DNA of 6,096 bases, taken from a virus. This document shows positions 5,000 through 6,096 of this stretch, piece after piece. Below the pieces are notes generated by a model. That model was not told the DNA's origin. It did not search any database and saw nothing but the letters and a program-made list of their open reading frames with translations. Location of the stretch: the IMG/VR virus record IMGVR_UViG_3300020030_000076, positions 1 through 6,096 of that record, one strand, 5' to 3'. The position numbers and the translations under genes were made by a program. The stretch's first letter is position 1. Every line of letters starts with the position of its first letter.

Positions 5000-5304
5000 A
5001 TAGTACTCTTATGGATTTTCTTGACCATTTGTTATGCTTTAACTTGCATTTTACAATAACAAGCGCTAAGCGTTCTATTGCTGAAAATAAAGCTGCTGGA
5101 GGTGTTCCTAATTCACAACATTTGGTTGGAGAAGCTGTTGATATTAAGCCGTATGGTTCTACTACTTATAATCGGTTGCTCGAACATATTCATAACTATT
5201 CAGCTAGTACTCATGTGTTTGACCAACTGATATTGTATTCTACATTTATTCATATTTCATTTGGTGAGCGTAATCGCCATCAAGTTATTGACAAGCGCAA
5301 ATAA
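4996..5304 (+). CDS. Compact zinc D-Ala-D-Ala carboxypeptidase-like peptidase (M15 / LAS superfamily). Putative endolysin.
   Basis: ...ITSAKRSIAENKAAGGVPNSQHLVGEAVDI... matches the M15 signature SxxRS-x3-N-x3-GG-x3-SxH-x2-G-x-A-x-D. The H-x6-D pair is His codon 5119-5121 and Asp codon 5140-5142. A distal FIHISF His (5251-5253) is the likely third zinc ligand. The protein is 102 aa, near the minimum size for this fold. Confidence 0.8.
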   Translation: MNSTLMDFLDHLLCFNLHFTITSAKRSIAENKAAGGVPNSQHLVGEAVDIKPYGSTTYNRLLEHIHNYSASTHVFDQLILYSTFIHISFGERNRHQVIDKRK

Positions 5305-5306
5305 TT

Positions 5307-6096
5307 ATGAAATTTTCTCCCGATTTGCTTAAGGCTGTTGGCCATTGTCAGCATCGTTCATTCATCACAAATAGGTATAATGGTGCACGTATTGCAGTAG
5401 ATTGCGGTCAATGCGATTATTGTATTCATAAGAAAGCCCAGAAAGCGTCTATGCGCGTGAGGACCGCTGGAAGTGCTTTTAAGTATTCTTATTTTGTTAC
5501 ACTTACTTATGATAATGAACATATTCCTCTTATGACTTGTAAGGTTTTGCAGAGTGATTATGAGGATGTTATAGGCATTTCGGGAGATATTCATTTTGGT
5601 CATGAATTCCACAAGTATATTCCTGTTTCTGAATATCAATGTGATGATAACTCCACTTTGCGTCATATATTCTTCGAGCAAGTACAAGGCACAGTGCCGT
5701 TTGACCGTGAAATTAAGGAATATGTTCCTGTTAGGGATAATTGGTTTCTTAGTATGGATGCTATTCGTAGTTTTATCTATAAGACGCAGTCGGTTGACAA
5801 AACGGATTATCCCGCTTCTGGACAATACGGTCGTGATAACCTTATTCCCTTTCTAAACTATGCTGATGTTCAGAATTATATTAAAAGATTACGTAAATAT
5901 TTATATAAGCAATTAGGTTCTTATGAAACGTTACATTTCTACGCTGTCGGTGAGTACGGCCCTGTCCATTTCCGCCCGCATTATCATATCTTATTATTCA
6001 CAAACTCGGAAGAAGTCTCAAAGGTATTACGATACTGTCACGATAAGAGTTGGAAATTCGGTCGTTCAGATTTCCAGATTGCCCGAGGTGGAGCTT
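5307..6096 (+). CDS. VP4: Replication initiation protein (Microviridae VP4, HUH rolling-circle endonuclease), N-terminal part. The frame is open to the window end and continues at 1-1007.
   Basis: ATG at 5307, 2 nt after the upstream TAA. My hand translation found no stop through 6096: MKFSPDLLKAVGHCQHRSFITNRYNGARIAVDCGQCDYCIHKK...FVTLTYDNEH...GEYGPVHFRPHYHILLFTN... A CGxCxxC cysteine cluster lies at 5403-5423. RCR motif I (FVTLTY) is at 5493-5510. The HUH motif (H-Y-H) is at 5979-5987. This gene is absent from the ORF track because there is no stop before the window end. Confidence 0.9.
   Translation, partial: MKFSPDLLKAVGHCQHRSFITNRYNGARIAVDCGQCDYCIHKKAQKASMRVRTAGSAFKYSYFVTLTYDNEHIPLMTCKVLQSDYEDVIGISGDIHFGHEFHKYIPVSEYQCDDNSTLRHIFFEQVQGTVPFDREIKEYVPVRDNWFLSMDAIRSFIYKTQSVDKTDYPASGQYGRDNLIPFLNYADVQNYIKRLRKYLYKQLGSYETLHFYAVGEYGPVHFRPHYHILLFTNSEEVSKVLRYCHDKSWKFGRSDFQIARGGA
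5980..6096. repeat. Terminal redundancy, copy 2. Exact duplicate of 1-117.
   Basis: Same comparison as for copy 1. The repeat lies inside the Rep coding sequence and includes the HUH motif codons. This points to an assembly overlap of a circle rather than a biological terminal repeat. Confidence 0.97.

Noticed and set aside
1-6096. CRISPR arrays, rRNA/tRNA genes, integrase/transposase genes, toxin-antitoxin or other defence cassettes
   Set aside because: No regularly spaced repeats, no cloverleaf or rRNA-like segments, and no ORF with recombinase, transposase or toxin motifs were seen. Apart from the non-coding region, the entire coding capacity is accounted for by seven phage genes.

Overview
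This window is a complete circular genome of a small ssDNA phage of the family Microviridae. It is not phiX-like; it looks Alpavirinae- or Gokushovirinae-like. Bases 1-117 are identical to 5980-6096, so the real unit is 5979 nt and the window is a circular permutation with a 117-nt assembly overlap. All supportable genes lie on the + strand and share a strong third-position-T codon bias. I used that bias to separate real frames from the many hydrophobic alternative-frame ORFs in the track.

Circular gene order:
- Bacteroidetes-type promoter (4652-4682)
- 64-aa acidic-tailed ORF (4732-4926)
- 27-aa single-TM peptide (4916-4999)
- compact 102-aa M15/LAS-type zinc peptidase (4996-5304)
- replication initiator VP4 (starts at 5307, runs off the window end, continues at 1-1007; 559 aa). 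The ORF track shows only its tail, as 240..1007.
- major capsid protein VP1 (1026-2765)
- VP3-like protein (2776-3219)
- VP2 pilot/minor capsid protein (3216-4331)
- a 400-nt region with no ORFs on either strand (4332-4731)

Two things deserve the most attention. The first is the ORF-free region. Its 120-nt core is about 60% G+C by hand count, is bracketed by a 9-bp direct repeat, and is packed with hairpins, in a genome where the other gene junctions are 2-18 nt or overlap. The second is the apparent TM-peptide plus M15-peptidase lysis module, which differs from the phiX174-type single-gene lysis. No rRNA, tRNA, CRISPR array, integrase or transposase is visible. Subfamily and host assignments are inferences from motifs read by eye and need database searches.
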